From Candidatus Latescibacterota bacterium (GTDB taxonomy: Bacteria > Latescibacterota > UBA2968 > GCA-2709665): 64,000 bases of DNA. The stretch covers positions 128,001-192,000 of the forward strand of contig CAXXXF010000012.1 in assembly GCA_963667175.2 (NCBI GenBank), read 5' to 3'. Shown here piece by piece: positions 10,870 through 20,433 of the stretch. Under the pieces are notes generated by a model. That model did not search any database. It worked only from the letters and a program-made list of their open reading frames with translations, and was not told where the DNA came from. Each line of letters opens with the position of its first letter. Positions within the stretch are counted from its first letter, which is position 1. A program made the position numbers and the translations under genes.

Positions 10870-10888
10870 TGCCTCCTCCGGTATCCAC

Positions 10889-10917
10889 AAAAAAAAACTG
10901 AAGCTAAAAAGCCCCAG
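10889..10917 (-). terminator. Riboswitch-controlled intrinsic terminator
   Basis: CTGGGGCT-TTTT-AGCTTCAG hairpin plus T9 directly before the RBS of metB. Confidence 0.85.
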
Positions 10918-10956
10918 AGAACGTGAATACGCAAACGTCGATCGTACTGGTCATCA

Positions 10957-11010
10957 GCTTTTTAGCGATTTCTTTATAGTGGCTGCAATATGCCTCAAAT
11001 CACCACTACG
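10957..11010 (-). ncRNA. SAM-II (SAM-alpha) riboswitch aptamer
   Basis: GTAGTGG-TGATTT-GAGGCATA-TTGCAG-CCACTAT-AAAG-AAATCG-CTAAAAAG matches the SAM-II consensus (GUGGUGAUUU...UUGCAGCCAC...AAGUCGCUAAA) and lies upstream of a Met-biosynthesis gene. Confidence 0.9.
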
Positions 11011-11051
11011 CTGAACATGCCCAAGCAATGTAAGCAATTCTCACGTCTCTG

Positions 11052-12398
11052 TCAACCACCGTTCAGATCAAGCGTGCGAAAGATCCGGTCCCGAACCCGT
11101 CCGTACTCCGCAGGCAATTCCACGGGCAGATTCGCATGGGTCGGGCGGACGTCGAACGACGCCAGTTCCGCCTGATGGTATCCGATCTTGAACTCGGCGA
11201 ACTTCAGTCCGTGGGCGGTGGATATCACCACAACCCGCTCATCTCTCCGAATGACGCCTCGTTCCACCAGCTTGAACAGCGCGGCAAAGGCTACGCCCGT
11301 ATGCGGACACGCAAACAAACCGGTTCGATCCGCCCGCGCCGCCGCATCCGACAGTTCCTGGTCCGTTGCCTGCTCCACCACGCCGCCGATGTTCTTCAGG
11401 GTCCGGATCGCTTTCTCGGTACTGACCGGATCCCCGATCTGTATGGCACTGGCCAGGGTCGTTCCGGCCTTTTGCGCCTCAAAGACGTCGAAGCCGCTAC
11501 GGTAGCTCCGGTAAAGCGGATTCGCCCGCGCGCTCTGGGCAACCGCGATTCGAGGCACGCGGTCGATCAGCCCCATCTCCCGTAACTCGCTGAACCCCTT
11601 GCCCAGTGCGCTGACGTTTCCCAGGTTGCCGCCGGGAACCACAATCCACTGCGGCACGTCCCAATCGAACTGCTGGAGCAATTCCACGCTGACGGTTTTC
11701 TGGCCCTCCACGCGAAGCGAGTTCATCGAATTGGCCAGGTAGATGTTCTCCCTGTGGCATATCTCCTGAACGAGCTTCATGCACCCGTCGAAATCCGTAT
11801 CCAGGCTCAGCACGAGCGCGTTGTTGGACATCGGCTGGACCAGCTGGGCCGTGGAGACTTTGTCCCGCGGCAGGAACACCACTGCCTGTATGCCCGCGTG
11901 CGCGCAATATGCGGCCAGAGCCGCCGACGTGTCTCCGGTCGAGGCGCACGCGGCAGCCGGGATGCGCTGGCCCTCCGCAACCATCTGCTTTACCATCGAT
12001 ACCAGCACCGTCATTCCCAGATCCTTGAACGAACCGGTGTGGCTGTTTCCGCATTGCTTGACCCACAGATCCTCCACACCGATCTCTCGTCCGAGGCGCT
12101 CCGCCCAGAACAGATTGCTTCCCCCTTCATACATCGAGACCACGTTGTCATCGTCCACCACGGGGCAGACCATCTCCTTCTTGCCCCACACTGAACTGCC
12201 GTACGGCCATTGCGTGCGCATATACCTGCTATCGAACAGCCGACGCCAAACCTCCGGGGATCTGGCGCGCAGCGCTTCCAGGTCGTGGCGCACCTCGAGC
12301 AGTCCGCCGCATTTCGGACACGCGTAGATGATCTGCGTGAGCGGATAACGACCGCCGCATCCTCTGAAACACCGAAACCAGGCGCTATAGGGCGTCAT
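11052..12398 (-). CDS. thrC: Threonine synthase
   Basis: [25 protein letters not shown] and TAHGLKF motifs. Confidence 0.92.
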   Translation of the reverse strand: MTPYSAWFRCFRGCGGRYPLTQIIYACPKCGGLLEVRHDLEALRARSPEVWRRLFDSRYMRTQWPYGSSVWGKKEMVCPVVDDDNVVSMYEGGSNLFWAERLGREIGVEDLWVKQCGNSHTGSFKDLGMTVLVSMVKQMVAEGQRIPAAACASTGDTSAALAAYCAHAGIQAVVFLPRDKVSTAQLVQPMSNNALVLSLDTDFDGCMKLVQEICHRENIYLANSMNSLRVEGQKTVSVELLQQFDWDVPQWIVVPGGNLGNVSALGKGFSELREMGLIDRVPRIAVAQSARANPLYRSYRSGFDVFEAQKAGTTLASAIQIGDPVSTEKAIRTLKNIGGVVEQATDQELSDAAARADRTGLFACPHTGVAFAALFKLVERGVIRRDERVVVISTAHGLKFAEFKIGYHQAELASFDVRPTHANLPVELPAEYGRVRDRIFRTLDLNGG

Positions 12399-12509
12399 GC
12401 AGACCCCTGGTTCAAATCAGATACAGACACGTTTCGGAAAACGGGTCGTTTCTGTTCGTGACGGCCCGAATCGAGCGCACCGTCGCCTTCTGAGCCGGCG
12501 ATGCGCACT

Positions 12510-13337
12510 TCAGATTCTCTCCACCGTCTCCCCCGGCACCCACCCGCCAATCCCGTTTGGCAGTCGTACCAGATACCAGCGGCTTTCCAGCCGTTCGACG
12601 GCCACCTTCGTACCTTCATGGATTGTGAAAACGAGCAGATAGTCGTCCCCGGGACCGCTTCGACCCTGTACTTCGTCCGCCAGGACAATCGCTTCTGAAG
12701 CCGACGCCTCGCCATAAGCCCTGTACGTCAGCAGGGATCCTGAACCGAACAACCCCGCGCCCGCCAGTACCAGCAGCCCGATCCAGAGTGAACGGCGAGA
12801 GGTCGAATAAAGCAATAGAACGGTGGCCGCCGACGTCAAAAACAGGCTGACGCTGCTCAAAACGGCCAGCACGTCGGCACTCAGCGCGCCATAGGCGGTC
12901 GACAGCAGGCGGGTTGGAAGATTGACGTCTTCTTCCGGACTCTTGTCTTCTTTGCGGGCGTTTGCAAATTGCAGGTTCGAGAGAACGTCTTCATCGCCCG
13001 GCATCAACTTCAGGGCCCGCTCATAGGCCAGGATGGCCCGGCCGATTTCACCGGCCTTGAACCAGGCATTTCCCAGGTTGAAAAAAACGTAGCCGTTCCG
13101 CGCACCCTGCGACACCACGTCTTCGTACCGACCCGCCGCCTGCCTGAATTCGCCCTGCCTATAGAGGGCGTTTGCTTCGTTATAAATGCTCGCTCCGGTC
13201 CCGGCCCCGTCGACGGCGGCGGCGAACAGCAGAAACGTGAGTACCGTCAGCGAGACCGAACCCGCCGAAGGGATGGCGGCATCCAGAGCCCGGCAATGCT
13301 TCCCCAGCCGGCCGGACGGCGCGCGCACCCACGTCAT
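12510..13337 (-). CDS. batE: BatE-like TPR and SH3b-domain membrane protein
   Basis: TPR motif NLGNAWFKAGEIGRAILAYERA, two TM helices, C-terminal IHEGTKV...GWV. Confidence 0.75.
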   Translation of the reverse strand: MTWVRAPSGRLGKHCRALDAAIPSAGSVSLTVLTFLLFAAAVDGAGTGASIYNEANALYRQGEFRQAAGRYEDVVSQGARNGYVFFNLGNAWFKAGEIGRAILAYERALKLMPGDEDVLSNLQFANARKEDKSPEEDVNLPTRLLSTAYGALSADVLAVLSSVSLFLTSAATVLLLYSTSRRSLWIGLLVLAGAGLFGSGSLLTYRAYGEASASEAIVLADEVQGRSGPGDDYLLVFTIHEGTKVAVERLESRWYLVRLPNGIGGWVPGETVERI

Positions 13338-15166
13338 ATCCTGGCTCCCAGGTCATCGATCAACGCCGCCGCCGCGGCAAAGAGTTCCTTCCGTTCACTC
13401 TCCGGTATCCGGACCGAGGCGAATCGTGCGTAGTCGCAACGCAGGAAGACGTCCCGCGTTTCGGACACAATGGAATCCGGCGCCCCCTTCTCGCGGAGCG
13501 CCTGCGCGGCGGACTCGCGGGTCATGCCCGCGACCGGCAGATTCAGCCGATCCGCCAGGAACTGGGCCAGCGCCCGGTCGATTTCGACAAAAAACGCGGC
13601 GCCGTCCTTTTCGTCGAGCCGCGCGCGGGCCCGCATCAGGCGCTTCCTCGCCTCCGAACCCGAGCGGCGCCTTCGGGCGTACGCCACGTCGCCCAGAAGC
13701 CGGTCCCTCCGGCGTTTAAACGCGGCGATCCCGAGCAAACCGAGAACGGGCACAGATTGAATCGCCCAGAACCAGGGTTTCCTGTACAGCAGCGTGCCGT
13801 GATCTTCCAGAACTTCGAGATCCGGTTTCAGGTGACGAATATCCTGTCCGAGCCTCTCGATCTCTTTCCGGCTCAAACCGGGCCCGGAAGCGGCTTGCCG
13901 CCGGGCCGGCTTCACGATGATCGAAAGCTCCTGTGTTCGCACGGTATGGTAACGGTTTTTCTCCGGGTCGAAAAAGGGCAATACGAACGGACCGATGCCG
14001 GCGTTTCCCGGCCGGTTGGGGATCGCGACGTATTCAAACGTCTTTTCACCGCCGATACGCCCGTTCCTGTTTCCCATGCTTGCTGTCGTCTTCGGGTCGT
14101 AGAATTCGAAAGCGTCCCCTGCCGGGCGAACGGGCTCGCCCACGGCGTTCAGATTACCCGTACCGCGCACCTTCACCTTCACTGCAATTGGATCTCCTGC
14201 CTCGACCGTCACCGGCGATGCCGCAACCGATATATCGAACCGACCGACGGCGCCGCGGAACCCGGCCGGTGCGCCCGCGGGCAGAGGGGTGACCTCGATC
14301 TCCACCGCTTCGGATCGTACGCGCACTTCCCGGGTGGCGCCGAAACCGAAAAAATCGTCCATCTCGAACAGGTTTCTGCGCCGCGCGCGTTCCTGAACCT
14401 GGCAGACGATTTCAAGCTCGTCCACGGCCTGTTTTCCCGAAGCGGTTGGAAACAACGCCATCGTCTTCAGCCGCATGACGTCGAACTCGCGGCCGTTGTA
14501 GACCTCCCGGTCAAAACTGGCGCGCTGCGCGTCAAACAGGGTTTCCGACCAGAAACCGGTATAGGCGGGCAGGCGGCCGTAGCTGATATTTCGGAGCGTC
14601 CGGCGAGTGTAGAGCCTGTAGTCGACGGTGACCTGCTCTCCCACGTATACCCTTCTCTTTTTCGCCGTTGTGGTTACGAACAGGTCCTCATCCAGTTCCC
14701 CCGCATCGGGACCGCGGCGGGACGGTCCGGGCGCCGGCGCGGGTCGATTGCGCGGTCTCCGGTCGCTCCTCTCGACGTCCACCCCAACCGTGGAGGACTC
14801 GTGCCGCCGGCCCTCAAGCATCACGCGCGCCGGTCCGATTGCGAAACTGCCCTCGCGCATGGCGCGCAACGTATAGACGTACGAGTTGTTTCGCGTTGCA
14901 ACGACGCGGCCGTTCGTAATATTGACCTGCTGCGTTGCATAGGTCGAACGTCCGATCACGTCGAATCCGTCAGGAACCGGCAGTTCCGGCGCGGGGACGT
15001 CTCCTTCGGCCGTCAAGGTCACCGTAAGCGTGACCTGATCGCCCACTGCCACGCGCGTCCGGTCGACAGAAACCTCGAGACGCGGTGTTTCGCCGTGCGC
15101 CGCACCCCAGGAAATCAGAAGAACGAACGCAACAACACAGAAGGGCTTTCGCGTCATTCCTACCAC
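13334..15166 (-). CDS. batD: BatD family protein
   Basis: VDRTRVAVGDQVTL, VYVGEQV and GAVGRF motifs; C-terminal TM helix and CDYARFA. Confidence 0.85.
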   Translation of the reverse strand: MVGMTRKPFCVVAFVLLISWGAAHGETPRLEVSVDRTRVAVGDQVTLTVTLTAEGDVPAPELPVPDGFDVIGRSTYATQQVNITNGRVVATRNNSYVYTLRAMREGSFAIGPARVMLEGRRHESSTVGVDVERSDRRPRNRPAPAPGPSRRGPDAGELDEDLFVTTTAKKRRVYVGEQVTVDYRLYTRRTLRNISYGRLPAYTGFWSETLFDAQRASFDREVYNGREFDVMRLKTMALFPTASGKQAVDELEIVCQVQERARRRNLFEMDDFFGFGATREVRVRSEAVEIEVTPLPAGAPAGFRGAVGRFDISVAASPVTVEAGDPIAVKVKVRGTGNLNAVGEPVRPAGDAFEFYDPKTTASMGNRNGRIGGEKTFEYVAIPNRPGNAGIGPFVLPFFDPEKNRYHTVRTQELSIIVKPARRQAASGPGLSRKEIERLGQDIRHLKPDLEVLEDHGTLLYRKPWFWAIQSVPVLGLLGIAAFKRRRDRLLGDVAYARRRRSGSEARKRLMRARARLDEKDGAAFFVEIDRALAQFLADRLNLPVAGMTRESAAQALREKGAPDSIVSETRDVFLRCDYARFASVRIPESERKELFAAAAALIDDLGARI

Positions 15167-15969
15167 TCGTTTCCCTTGTATCTTTTGCCGTATACCCGCA
15201 GCCGGCGGTACTTCTGGGATTTCATCTCCCTGTCTTTCATCGCATCCAGCAGGCGTTCAGCCTCTTCCCGGCCAAGCTCCCCGGAGCCCGGCTGCCCTTC
15301 CTGTTGACTCCCGGTCTGCCCTTCTGAGGGATCGCTCCGTCCGCCCCGGTCCTCCTGCGGATCGCCCTGTCTTTCCCCGTCCTGCCGATCGCGATTCCCA
15401 TCGGGGTCCGGATTGGGCCGTTCCGGGGGCTGTTCCCGGTTTCCTTCGTCGTTCGGGTCCTCGTTATTCTGTTCCTTCCCCTCCTCTTTCTTCTCCTGAC
15501 CGTCCTTTCGGTTCTTCTGTTGCTCCTGATTCTGATTCTTCTCCTGCTCCCGCATTTTCTCCAGAACCCATTCCAGATTCACTTTCGCGTCCAGATCGTC
15601 CGGCGTTATCGACAGCGAGCGCTTGTAGGCCTCGACCGCCTGCCGCAGGTTCTGCTGGCGAACGTGGACGTTGCCCAGATTGTAATACGCGAGAGAGAGA
15701 AGCGAGGGGTCCCGGCTCTTCAGCGCGTGCCCAAACTCCTGAAGCGCATCCTGAAAGGCGTTCTTTTTGAAGTAGGCGTCACCCGCGTTGAATCTGAGCT
15801 CCGGCGCGTCGGGTTTTTCCACCTGGGCCTTCCGGTAGTACTCAAGCGCTTCCTCGAACTTGCCTTCGTGAAACAGGCGGTTGCCCTGCCGGTTGTTGTC
15901 CGCCGCCGGATCCAGAAACGTGAAACCCAGAAGCGGTACGACGGCGAAACCAACCAGATACCGGCGCAT
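15160..15969 (-). CDS. batC: BatC-like TPR protein with Q/E-rich low-complexity tail
   Basis: TPR repeats, AKVNLE, EAERLLDAM and a C-terminal W. Confidence 0.75.
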   Translation of the reverse strand: MRRYLVGFAVVPLLGFTFLDPAADNNRQGNRLFHEGKFEEALEYYRKAQVEKPDAPELRFNAGDAYFKKNAFQDALQEFGHALKSRDPSLLSLAYYNLGNVHVRQQNLRQAVEAYKRSLSITPDDLDAKVNLEWVLEKMREQEKNQNQEQQKNRKDGQEKKEEGKEQNNEDPNDEGNREQPPERPNPDPDGNRDRQDGERQGDPQEDRGGRSDPSEGQTGSQQEGQPGSGELGREEAERLLDAMKDREMKSQKYRRLRVYGKRYKGNEW

Positions 15970-16005
15970 GGCGCAGACTCCCCGGGAGTTCCTGTGTCGC
16001 TGCAT

Positions 16006-17028
16006 TTACTGGAATCGCCCTCGCCACTGTGTTCGCACCCGTCTGCGATCCGACAGCAACGCTTCGCTGACAAAGCAGACGACCGCGACGGCCAGCGGCC
16101 ACTGGTACCGGTGTTTATATTGCGTGAATTTCCGCGAACCCAGTTCCTTCTTCTCCATCTGCGAGATCTCGTGGGTTACCCTGTCCAACCCGACGCCTCC
16201 CGCCTGTGACCGTATGTAGACCCCATCCGTCACCCCTGCCACCTGTTGCAGGCTTGCCTCGTCCAGGCGCGACTTGACGTAGTTGCCCCGGCCGTCTTTC
16301 AGATATTCCGTCCGTCCGTTCCGCTTGACCGGGATCAACTCGCCGCCCGGCGTCCCGACCCCAACCGCAAATATCCGCACCCCGGCTTCCGCCGCGGCTT
16401 CCGCCGCCTCCACCGGATCTTCGGCGTGGTCCTCTCCATCCGTAATCAGCACCAGGACCTTGTACTTGCGTTCTTCGCTTCCGAACGCCCGGGTCGCTAC
16501 GCGAACGGCCTCGGCGATGGCCGTGCCCTTCACCGGAATGATATCGGTGTCGATCGAATCCAGAAACAGCTTCGCGGCGCCATAGTCCAGGGTGAGCGGA
16601 CAGAGGGTAAAGCTGCGACCCGCGAACGCGACCAGGCCGATCCTGTCGCCTTCGAGCCGGTCGATAAAGGACTCGATCTCAATCAGCGCGCGCGTCAGCC
16701 GATTGGGCCGGATGTCTTCCGCGAGCATGCTCAGCGACGTGTCCAGGGCGACCATGACGTCAACGCCCCTGCGATGCAGGAGTTCGAGCCGCATCCCGTA
16801 CCTGGGCTGCGCCAGCGCGACGACCAGAAAGAAGAGTCCGACGACCGTCAACGCCGCCTTCACCCACTGCCGCTTCCAGCTCGTGGCCGCGGTCAGCTTG
16901 CGCATCAGTTCCGGGCTCCCGAAACGCGCGAGGGCCCGCCTTTTCTTCCGGTAGGCGACGGCGAAAAACAGGACGGCCGCCGGCACGGACAACAGGTACC
17001 AGAACGCCTGAACGTCGCCAAAACGCAC
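16006..17028 (-). CDS. batB: BatB-like VWA domain protein
   Basis: LAQP, MIDAS DTSLSM, PLTLDY and ITDGEDH motifs. Confidence 0.85.
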   Translation of the reverse strand: MRFGDVQAFWYLLSVPAAVLFFAVAYRKKRRALARFGSPELMRKLTAATSWKRQWVKAALTVVGLFFLVVALAQPRYGMRLELLHRRGVDVMVALDTSLSMLAEDIRPNRLTRALIEIESFIDRLEGDRIGLVAFAGRSFTLCPLTLDYGAAKLFLDSIDTDIIPVKGTAIAEAVRVATRAFGSEERKYKVLVLITDGEDHAEDPVEAAEAAAEAGVRIFAVGVGTPGGELIPVKRNGRTEYLKDGRGNYVKSRLDEASLQQVAGVTDGVYIRSQAGGVGLDRVTHEISQMEKKELGSRKFTQYKHRYQWPLAVAVVCFVSEALLSDRRRVRTQWRGRFQ

Positions 17029-17029
17029 C

Positions 17030-18016
17030 TCAGGGAATCCTCCGAAACCGCGTGTTGGCCAGCATCAGTTCGACGCCGAGCAGAACCAGACCCGGCCAGA
17101 GGAAATACGTGAACGTCTCCGAGTAGTCCACGTAGTCGCGTGTCTTGATTTCCGTTTTCTCCATCTCGCCGATGGCGCGATAGATCTCCTCGAGTTTCTT
17201 TTCGCTGGTCGCCCGGAAGTACCGGCCGCCGGTGATATCGGCGACTTCCCGGAGGGTCTCTTCGTCGATCTCCACCCGAACCCGCTGCCGGAGCAGGCCC
17301 TGGCCCGTCACGATCACCCCATCGCTTCCCGCACCGATGGTGTATATTCGTATGCCCACCGCCATGGCGGCACGGGCGGCCGTAACGGGGTCCACTTCTC
17401 CCCTGTTGTTTACCCCATCCGTCAACAGGATGACGACGCGGCTCTTGGCTTCCGACCGCCGCAACCGGTTTAGCGCAGTAACGATGCCAGTCCCGATTGC
17501 CGTGCCGTCCCAGGAATCCTCCGCGAGCCGCACCTCATTCAGAAAGCTCAGGAATATGCCGTAGTCGAGGGTGAGCGGACACTGCGTGTAGCTCTCGCCC
17601 GCGAAGACGACGAGTCCCAACCGGTCGTTGACCCGCCCCCGCACGAACTGGGTCACGACCTCCTTGCTGACCTGCAGCCGGGACTTTCGCTGCTGGTCCA
17701 GGTCTTTGTGCGCCATGCTGCCCGACACGTCCAGGGCGAGTACAATATCGATCCCCCGGGTCAGGATTTCTCTTCCTTCGCGTCCGGAACGCGGACGCGC
17801 CAGCGCCACAATCAGCAGGATCAGCGCCAGGCAGCGAAGCGCAATGAGACCGTGGCGAAACTTCAGCACGACTGAAGGCGGAATCTGCCCGATGACGCCC
17901 AGGTCCGGAAAACGGATGCTGCCCTGCTTCTGCCGCTGCCGGCGTACGTATCGGTAGATCAGCACCGGTACAAAGACAAGGGCGATCAGCCATTCAGGAT
18001 TCTTGAATTCAATCAT
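17030..18016 (-). CDS. batA: BatA-like VWA domain protein
   Basis: LARP, MIDAS DVSGSM, GTAIG and LLTDGVNN motifs. Confidence 0.85.
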   Translation of the reverse strand: MIEFKNPEWLIALVFVPVLIYRYVRRQRQKQGSIRFPDLGVIGQIPPSVVLKFRHGLIALRCLALILLIVALARPRSGREGREILTRGIDIVLALDVSGSMAHKDLDQQRKSRLQVSKEVVTQFVRGRVNDRLGLVVFAGESYTQCPLTLDYGIFLSFLNEVRLAEDSWDGTAIGTGIVTALNRLRRSEAKSRVVILLTDGVNNRGEVDPVTAARAAMAVGIRIYTIGAGSDGVIVTGQGLLRQRVRVEIDEETLREVADITGGRYFRATSEKKLEEIYRAIGEMEKTEIKTRDYVDYSETFTYFLWPGLVLLGVELMLANTRFRRIP

Positions 18017-18969
18017 GCCGTGGCTTCCGCGGGCGCCGCAATCACCGAATCGTCCTGATCCGTCTGGACCTGCGCGTCCATCCGCCGCATCAGATCCAGC
18101 ACCGAATCGGCGGCCTTCAACGCGACTTCATCGCGGGGCATGAGCTTTGCGAATTTGACCAGGTCCGCCTCCGACAACAGCCGCTCGAGCGCCGATACCT
18201 CCGCTTCCCCGACCGGAACACGTCTGAGGTCCCGCACCAGTTCGCGCGTAGTACACTCCATTGCATCCACCCGGACCCGATCCTCGAGGTAGCGGCGCGT
18301 CACCTCGGAAAGCAGGCTGTAATACCGCTTCAGCGCTCCTTTTTCCACGAGCCGCATCCGAAGGATCTTTGCGACTTCGTCCGGCCAGACAACCGGCGGC
18401 CCCGGCGGATCGGACCCCGGCTTCCGGCGACGGCGACTCCAAACCCACAGGAAAGCGGCCACCAGGCCAATCAGAACGGCCAGGGCGATCCAGAACCAGG
18501 CCGGTATGCTGGCGTCGACGTCGACGGGAGGCTTCACGTCCCGGATATCCGTCATTCCCGGCGGTCTGACGCTACGTACCACAACCGGTATCGGTCCGGT
18601 GGCAATCAGGCCGGAGTCGCCCTCGGCCGTCCGCACCTGAAGCACAAGCGAGGGCACTTCGACCTCACCCGGCCGGTACACGGCAAGTTCGAAGGCGAGT
18701 GTCTCCTCCACCCGTCCGTCGGGAGTCTCCCGAACCGAGGGCGGTACCCGGCGGCGCACCTCGAACGGCGCGAGGAAGTCCTCGTTTTGCATCAATGCGA
18801 CGACGTCTCCCGATTCACGCAGGATCCGCACGTTCAGAAGTACGGGATCGCCGACCGTCAGCGTGTCCCTGTTGACCGCCGAGTCGAACAGAATTTCGGC
18901 GCGGGCGTCGGGCGATGAAATCAAGAGGCCGCACGCGGCAATCCAGACCGATATCAGGACGCGGGCCAT
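18013..18969 (-). CDS. Bat-operon membrane-anchored protein (Ig-like N-terminus, single TM)
   Basis: Signal peptide, DIRDVKPP, TM helix, RRYLE and ADLVKFAK; this type of gene normally precedes batA. Confidence 0.65.
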   Translation of the reverse strand: MARVLISVWIAACGLLISSPDARAEILFDSAVNRDTLTVGDPVLLNVRILRESGDVVALMQNEDFLAPFEVRRRVPPSVRETPDGRVEETLAFELAVYRPGEVEVPSLVLQVRTAEGDSGLIATGPIPVVVRSVRPPGMTDIRDVKPPVDVDASIPAWFWIALAVLIGLVAAFLWVWSRRRRKPGSDPPGPPVVWPDEVAKILRMRLVEKGALKRYYSLLSEVTRRYLEDRVRVDAMECTTRELVRDLRRVPVGEAEVSALERLLSEADLVKFAKLMPRDEVALKAADSVLDLMRRMDAQVQTDQDDSVIAAPAEATA

Positions 18970-20384
18970 ATTCCGTTGACGACCTTCCGTACTCCCAGCC
19001 GTACGGTATCGGGTTGAACCACGTCCGGTTTCACCGGGATGAGTTCGAGCTTCAGTTTCGTCAGGATATTGGGATCGATCCTGACGATCTGGGGACGCTG
19101 ATGTCCCCGTGCGTAGAGGTTGCCATCCCTTTCACCGACACTCAGTTTCTGCGCCACCGCGTCGCCACGCCAGGCGGTGATCTCCAGTGCCGGGCGGTCA
19201 AAACCGAATGCGTCCGGCGTTGCCAGCGCTTCCGCGACGAATTCTTCGGCTTCGAGCAGTTCGATGGTGCGAAAGAGACGTCGGACGCGGTGTTCCAGGA
19301 CGATATGCAGCTTCGGCTGCAGCACCTGCCAGCCTTCGCCGCGTTGATCTCTGACACATTCCACCGCCCGGTCTCGAAACGCCAGCTTCAACCGGTCGAC
19401 TCCGGCGGTGTCGAACGCAAAGATACGCTTGAATCTCAGATCAGACGCCGTCTTTCTCAGATCTGCGACCAGGGTCGAATCGACCAGAAATACCATGGGA
19501 CGGGCGGAAAAAGTCGCGAAAAACGGAGGAAACCGGCTCGCGCCCATTCGGCGTCCGATCCTTACGGTCTTCTTCCGCTGATCGGGGCCGTCGAAAATCG
19601 ATAGCGTCAGCGTTGGATTTTCCAGGCCGTAATCACCGGCGTCCCCGGGCCCTTCAGCGATTACACGCGTGAATTCGGCAGTATACAGCCGTTGAATCAG
19701 CTTTTGGACCTCGTCACTGTCGGTGCGATCGTTTACCGGAACCGTCATGCGCCATGTTTCCGAGAGCTTCTCCACGACGACCCTGGCGTCCCCTCTGGCA
19801 ATTTCGATTTTCCGCACGGCTTTCCGTTTGAAATCCGCAACGCGCCTGTCGCGCAGTCGCAACAGCCCTTTCTCCAACCTCATCCGGAAAGGGGCGGCGA
19901 CAGCGAGAATGCCCGGATGCCCGGACCACCTGATATAGCCGTAACGACCGGTCGGACTCCGATCTCCCCAGAACAGGGAATCTACCCGGTTCGCCTGCGT
20001 TATCGCCAGTGCCAGATTCGGCCTGTCGAGGCCGAAATCCGAAAGACGCGCCTGCCCTCGCGCGATTCGGACGCTGTCCGCGACCACGCGCTCAAGGTCC
20101 ATATTCTGTAACGTACGGATCAATCCCGTGATTTCGCCGTCGTCGCCGCCGGTGGCTACCGGCTGCAGGATCCGCCATCCGTCCTCCGATTTTTCGATGA
20201 CGATCGTCGTATCGCCCCGTTGAACCGTCAGCCCGTTGACCGCGTCTGCTTCCAGGCGCAGCAGGCGCCCTGCCCTGGTTCGGGCCATATAACGCTCGTC
20301 GGCGCCCCGGATTTCGTAGAAATAGACAAAACCGACCAGCGCGGCCAGAAGCAGCACCAGACCACCTGTTGTCCTTATACTCAT
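18954..20384 (-). CDS. DUF4340 domain protein
   Basis: N-terminal TM helix; three repeats containing (F/Y)GLDxP; follows the GldG-like gene. Confidence 0.75.
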   Translation of the reverse strand: MSIRTTGGLVLLLAALVGFVYFYEIRGADERYMARTRAGRLLRLEADAVNGLTVQRGDTTIVIEKSEDGWRILQPVATGGDDGEITGLIRTLQNMDLERVVADSVRIARGQARLSDFGLDRPNLALAITQANRVDSLFWGDRSPTGRYGYIRWSGHPGILAVAAPFRMRLEKGLLRLRDRRVADFKRKAVRKIEIARGDARVVVEKLSETWRMTVPVNDRTDSDEVQKLIQRLYTAEFTRVIAEGPGDAGDYGLENPTLTLSIFDGPDQRKKTVRIGRRMGASRFPPFFATFSARPMVFLVDSTLVADLRKTASDLRFKRIFAFDTAGVDRLKLAFRDRAVECVRDQRGEGWQVLQPKLHIVLEHRVRRLFRTIELLEAEEFVAEALATPDAFGFDRPALEITAWRGDAVAQKLSVGERDGNLYARGHQRPQIVRIDPNILTKLKLELIPVKPDVVQPDTVRLGVRKVVNGIWPAS

Positions 20385-20433
20385 AGAAAATGCCTGACCG
20401 GCTTCTCCGTTCCTGGAAAATCATGGCCGGGCG

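Noticed and set aside
15290-15560. Low-complexity repeat-like DNA
   Set aside because: It is explained by the Q/E/K-rich linker normal for BatC-like proteins.
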